DNA of 64,000 nt, from assembly GCA_013115145.1 (NCBI GenBank), contig JAAPAO010000122.1:5507-69506 (forward strand), in the 5' to 3' direction. Below, piece after piece: positions 59,201-64,000 of this stretch. How positions within the stretch are numbered: the first letter of the stretch is position 1; every line of letters starts with the position of its first letter. The DNA comes from Perkinsus chesapeaki ATCC PRA-425. Lineage: Eukaryota > Protista > Perkinsozoa. Position numbers and translations under genes: made by a program. The notes under the pieces were generated by a model. It did no database searches, was not told the origin of the DNA, and worked only from the letters and a program-made list of their open reading frames with translations.

Positions 59201-62200
59201 AGTCGCAGGATGCTACCTCAACCATCGCAGAGATGTCCAGAGGCAGCACATCCCCGCTTATCCAGGCCTCGATATCCTCACGAGGGGCATCGGCGGCCAT
59301 CAGCAGCACCTAGGGGCAACTTACCGAATAACGGTTATAAGAATGCTACCAGAGCAGCACCATTGGCGCTCAAATCCCTAGCGATATCGCAGATCAGGGA
59401 GGCAGGTATCCTAGCTGCTTCTTGGGGGGCGGTAACCAAAGCATCCAGAACCTCTGCAGCCGAGTTATCTGGAACGACCCTTAACGGAAATGAGTGGAAT
59501 GAGGAAATGAGGCTCACCTCCGTCAACCACAATGGCCTTAACAATCGTCTTGAGCTGCTCGAGCTGTGGTGTCTCCAGCGGAGATTTCATTTGTCCAAGT
59601 GTTTCCCGCAATAAGGCCACAGTTTTGATGGCCCCGCAGATTCGCAGGGCGGCCGACACCTGCTGCTTCTTGGTAGCGGCCTTCAGAACAACTGGCTTGA
59701 CAAGCTCAAGATCTTCCTTCTGGCAGATGTTGCCGAGGATTGACAGGCAGACAAGGTCAAGGGCATCCTCTCTAGGGCCATTGCCCAAAAGCAACCTGCA
59801 AAAGCGCTACTCCGGCCCACTGTATGCCGAGCTTACGTGCATAGTGGCTTCACCAAAGCCTTACGAGCGACGACCCTATCAGCATCACTAAGATCGGTAG
59901 ACTGCTGGAACAAAGCCTCTCCAGCTAGCACCGCATTGACAGTGTTCTTGCCCGACACAAGTGGCAAAAGATTCGAGGCCAGCACCTGAGCATCCAGCCT
60001 TTTATTTACTTAACCATTTCCCCTCTTCTACCTTCACCGACAGGCCATCGGCGTGGGCCAGGAACCTTACAGCGCCGGGACTTGGCAAAGTGGCGCAAGC
60101 CCGTCCAACGAGCTTCTCGAGCTGCTTTGGTTTGAGTCTAGATCCGGCATTCGGCAGCACTCCCAGAAGATCGTCCGAAATAGCACCGTTGGCGGCAGTG
60201 ACGGTATCGACAAACCTGCCCACGATTTCGTCGTCATCGCAGCTTGTAAGGGCATCGCCCAACACCACAGCTGCAGCTCCGGTGACACTCGGTACTGCAG
60301 CATTTTTAATAAGGGATTTGGGAGCGACCATACTGAGAAGGCCCATGCATTGTTGCTGGAGGCTTGGACCTGACAGGACGTATCCTACAACTCCGAACAC
60401 CGTTCTATCATTACCAACTGCTCCAGAGGACTGCAAGATCCACTTGATGAGCCCGCCGTTAGCAGCGATGATTTCTCTGACTACTGCCGTTGACCCGACA
60501 ACATCCGTTGCTCGCTCATCAAGAGCCTTCCTCAAAGCAGCATACGCCTTTCCCTCAACAGCGCCATCAATTCCCCGGTTGACCAGCAGCCACGAGTCCT
60601 TCATAGCAGCAGCAGGAGCTTTCGATCTGGACGCTATAGCCGATTGAGCTAGACTTTTAAGATGTCTGCTCGCCTGATCCGAACCCAGCAACAACAGACA
60701 GACCAGGAAGAGGCCGTTGTCGAAGGCCTTCGGGCCAGCGATCTCCGTGTACATGCGGAAAGCCTTGGTGATGTGTCGGGTTACCGCCAATGACAAGAGC
60801 ACAGGCCGCTTGGCCACATCATGCATCGTACCCTTCACCAAGTCCTTGCATGCCGAGTTATTCATCATCAACCCCATAAGCCTTTCCACATCACCGTCAT
60901 CACTGGTTCTTGCAGATAGCATCTTATATACCGACAAATCTACGCTCTTGCTCAGGCCGAGCTCCTCAATCGACTCCAATACCTCGTGGACCGTCGGAGC
61001 GTGGCTCTCGGCTCCCAAAGAGGCCTGGACCAGGGCCGCTGCTCCAGCAGGACCAGCAGGATACGCAGCTGTTGACGAGGGCAAGGCTGCTGTGGCCAAT
61101 TTGACTCCATCTCCCCTCATAACCTCAACGGCACTGACACAAGCATTGGCTTCGTCCTCCTTGCCCAGCAAGTCGATAATGATGGTAATCTCCTCTACTA
61201 CACGATCATCAACTGCCACAACCTAATCAAGCCAAATGCCGCCCTACCATTCCCAGCCCCATTACCTCTGCCCAGTACTGCTGTGGAGTTATGTTGTCCC
61301 TAGCTGGCATCAGCTTCCTTAGGAGCCCTTCCAGTGCCAGTCTCTTCGACTCAGTTGTAGCAGTTTCCCACACCCAGCCAGCATTCAATATTTTCATCCT
61401 GATTGCATGGGAAGGCTCCAGCCCAACTCGCTCAACCATGAGCCCAGCCACGGCCTTCGCCTCGCCATCAGTGGTGCTCTCCCGATCAAGTAGCTGAGAT
61501 ATCGCCTCATCGCGGGCCGAGACAGATGTAGTGGAGAGATGACGGAGCAGCTGGGCGTCCAGGACATGGCCGCCAGGCAGCAAGGCTTCGACTTCCTTAA
61601 CACACTTGTGTTTCAGGGCGCAGCGACTGATGGCGAGAGGGAAGTTGTTGTAGAGCTGCGGTAGGACCTGATACAGGTGAAAGACATGACCAAAAGAGGA
61701 GGCCAATACTACCTCCGCCACATGGGACTCCTTACGACCTTTGGCTATAATAGCCACGGCAGAGTCACACACAGTCAATGCGGCCGAAGGAGAGGCACCA
61801 AGGAACCAAGTCGACGAGACGACAGCAGAAAGAAGCGGTGCCTCGCCGAAGGGCAAAACTAAACCGCTCAACAGCAGCGTCCACCCTCTAGATTTGCCAA
61901 TAGCTTCAAGAACCTGATGGGCCGCCGGATGCATTGCGGCACACTCGAGATGCCAGGGGCCTACTTGCTCCGAGTGGGCGTCGTAACGGGTGTCGAGTTC
62001 CCTGGCCACCTTCACCCAAAAATTGCTTTCTTTTTCAGAGAATCTCAAGCCAAGAGCTACAATGTCTACCACGTCCTGAAACGCCATGAGCCTTCCTGAA
62101 ATACGCCGCAAAGACTTACTGAGAATGCAGGAAGGGGAGCGTGCTTCATAGCCCTGGCAAGCAGGCTGCAAAGGTCACCATCGGACAAGCTGGAGCCTGA

Positions 62201-63313
62201 AGAGAGCCAAAGATTCCCACGAGGTTGAAAGGCTAACCACGCCCTACTAGCTATTAACGGTATCATCATTGTGACTGCAAACGAGAAGGCTTGGCGATCG
62301 GTGGACCCCTTTTTCGTAGCAGCTGATATCAATGGGAAGAGTGCTGGGGCAAGATCAAAGGTGAACTTGTGGGCCTCAGCAAGAGCCTCCAGGAAAACCT
62401 ATTCCACAACAGTTAGCGGGCGCCGGGGCCAAGAGCAGCCTACGAGATTGACAGTAGTAAGCAGTGGGCGATTGGCAATGCCAAGCTTGACGGTTTTGCG
62501 AGTGTAGTCGCAGATAGTTCGCCACAGTGAAGGCGATGTCCCTGACAGAACCTCACTCACCACTGTGCCCCACCAAAAGGCTTACTCAGCATGTGCACCA
62601 AATGCTGCCTTTTCAGAGGTTCGCCTGTTTTGCGGACTCTAGCCAGAAAGATCCACTGAGAATCATCTCCCCACTTTACTATTTTCGTGAGACGGGCAAA
62701 TACTGGACTATCGTGAAACCTAACCAGAGCAGACGATCTGCGGCACGCGTGCAGAGCGCCGGGCATTACGGTATCCCTGCCAATAGTAAGGCTTCCATAT
62801 TGTACGTTTGGACCTCATAACGGCTAATCTAAGAGGAAAATCAGAGAATCTTAGGTTGAAGCTTGCCCTACCAATAACTCGAGGCAAGTCTGACCCTGCT
62901 CGGTTAGCAAATGCTTGGAGAGGTGCATGAGCAGTTTCTCTATATTATTATTGAGTTCATCGTTCTCTTCACTTGTAAGGAAGTCCCTTCCTTTATACCC
63001 ATCTTTATCAACCTCAAAGAGATCAACAAATTCCTCTAAGGAGGGATCTTGGGCTACGAGATCCTGGAAGCTCGATAGCTGAGCAGCAAAGGTTATCAGT
63101 AATATATAACGCCGCCTTACCGCAGCTTCTGCGATCGCTTGCGGTTCGACTGATCTAGCCTCACGCCAGTCATATAGGAAAGATACCTATCGAGGTCGCA
63201 ATTGGGCAAGTCGTCCCGGGCCGAGAGCCACCAACCTTTCCATGCTTCGGCTGTTGAGCAATATTATGCTTCGCCTTGAATGTTTGGAGTTGGCGAAGAA
63301 GCTCCGCGGACAT
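56296..63313 (-). CDS. UTP10: U3 snoRNP-associated HEAT-repeat protein UTP10/HEATR1
   Basis: N-terminal MSAELLRQLQ, RDFLTSEENDELNNNIEKLL, YNMEALLLAGIP, FHDSPVFARL; C-terminal ELLEDENAEVE...VSGENLLDKLHS*. Confidence 0.88.
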
Positions 63314-63538
63314 AGCGACAGGAGTTACGCAATCCTTAACAGAAGGTAACCATTTATCAACACTCAACACAATACGACAGCTTGATTGAAAAAAGGAGCT
63401 TGACGAAGGGACCGGGAGTCCACGGCAATTGAAGATTGAGCCACCAATAGTAGGTAGCCTGTGACTCTAGAGAGGAATACTGACCGGAGTTCACTTGTAT
63501 GCATTCAGGATGACGAAACTGCACCGCCGTGACATGGG

Positions 63539-63608
63539 CGGCAAAATTGGTAATCATGTGACATTTCGCTCCGCTTAATGTAGGTCCCAGGTTCAATTCC
63601 CCGGAACA
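63539..63608 (+). other. Degenerate tRNA-like sequence (A-box-like motif plus perfect B-box); not a foldable tRNA
   Basis: GGCAAAATTGG at 63540-63550 and GGTTCAATTCC at 63590-63600. It resembles tRNA halves, but the T-stem and acceptor stem do not pair. Confidence 0.35.
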
Positions 63609-64000
63609 CATTTTTTATCAATCTAGCACTCAGATGAGGCGCAGCCAGACCGTGTCAGGTATGCAATTATGACACCAATACATCTTGATCGAAAAGATTG
63701 TTCCTTTGATTTACGGCGCACCTCTGGAAAGTGAATGGCGTAGTTACGATAATTGATAATACTAACCAGGTAGAATATAGTGTTATCGCATAACTAATGT
63801 TCCGTCTTCACATTTACCTTTCATCACGCACTCCTTCTTCTAAAACTCTATGCTTGTCCCCAGGTGGATGAAACTGGTCCGGGTAGGCGCAGGAGTAGGC
63901 TATCCACCTCAGGTATTCTTCTCCAGGGTGCAAGCAAAATTGCTATGTCGCCTGTACATTGTATTAATACTGTGACTAATAGTGTATCTGCGCAGACAAT

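Noticed and set aside
1-64000. Spliced-leader RNA gene, rRNA, intact tRNA or CRISPR array
   Set aside because: No CCGTAGCCAT(T/C)TTGGCTCAAG-type leader, rRNA signature, foldable cloverleaf or repeat-spacer array was seen by eye.

Overview
Gene-dense eukaryotic protist DNA with many short (~40-55 nt) GT-AG introns, most consistent with a Perkinsus-like alveolate (an inference from gene content and intron style). In order: the 3' part of an Fe-superoxide dismutase; a ~16-kb multi-exon gene for a giant, probably GPI-anchored surface protein with an N-terminal (VPANST)n sequon array; a small secreted-protein gene interrupted by a 3.8-kb internally deleted Ty3/gypsy LTR retroelement; a Gly/Tyr-rich protein; a membrane adenylyl cyclase; an intron-poor block (two AAAP amino-acid transporters, a SNM1-type nuclease, a mitochondrial carrier, a DASS/DiT-like transporter); an S28 peptidase; a CAMK-like kinase; two tandem formin-like genes; a HemK/PrmC methyltransferase; and UTP10/HEATR1. 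The main finding is that both 277-bp LTRs of the retroelement contain a complete type III hammerhead ribozyme on the element's sense strand. The element still carries gag/pol remnants and shows a self-complementary, non-tRNA primer-binding site, so it looks like an intermediate between a Ty3/gypsy element and a retrozyme. All exon structures and RNA folds were read by eye; nothing was computed or searched.
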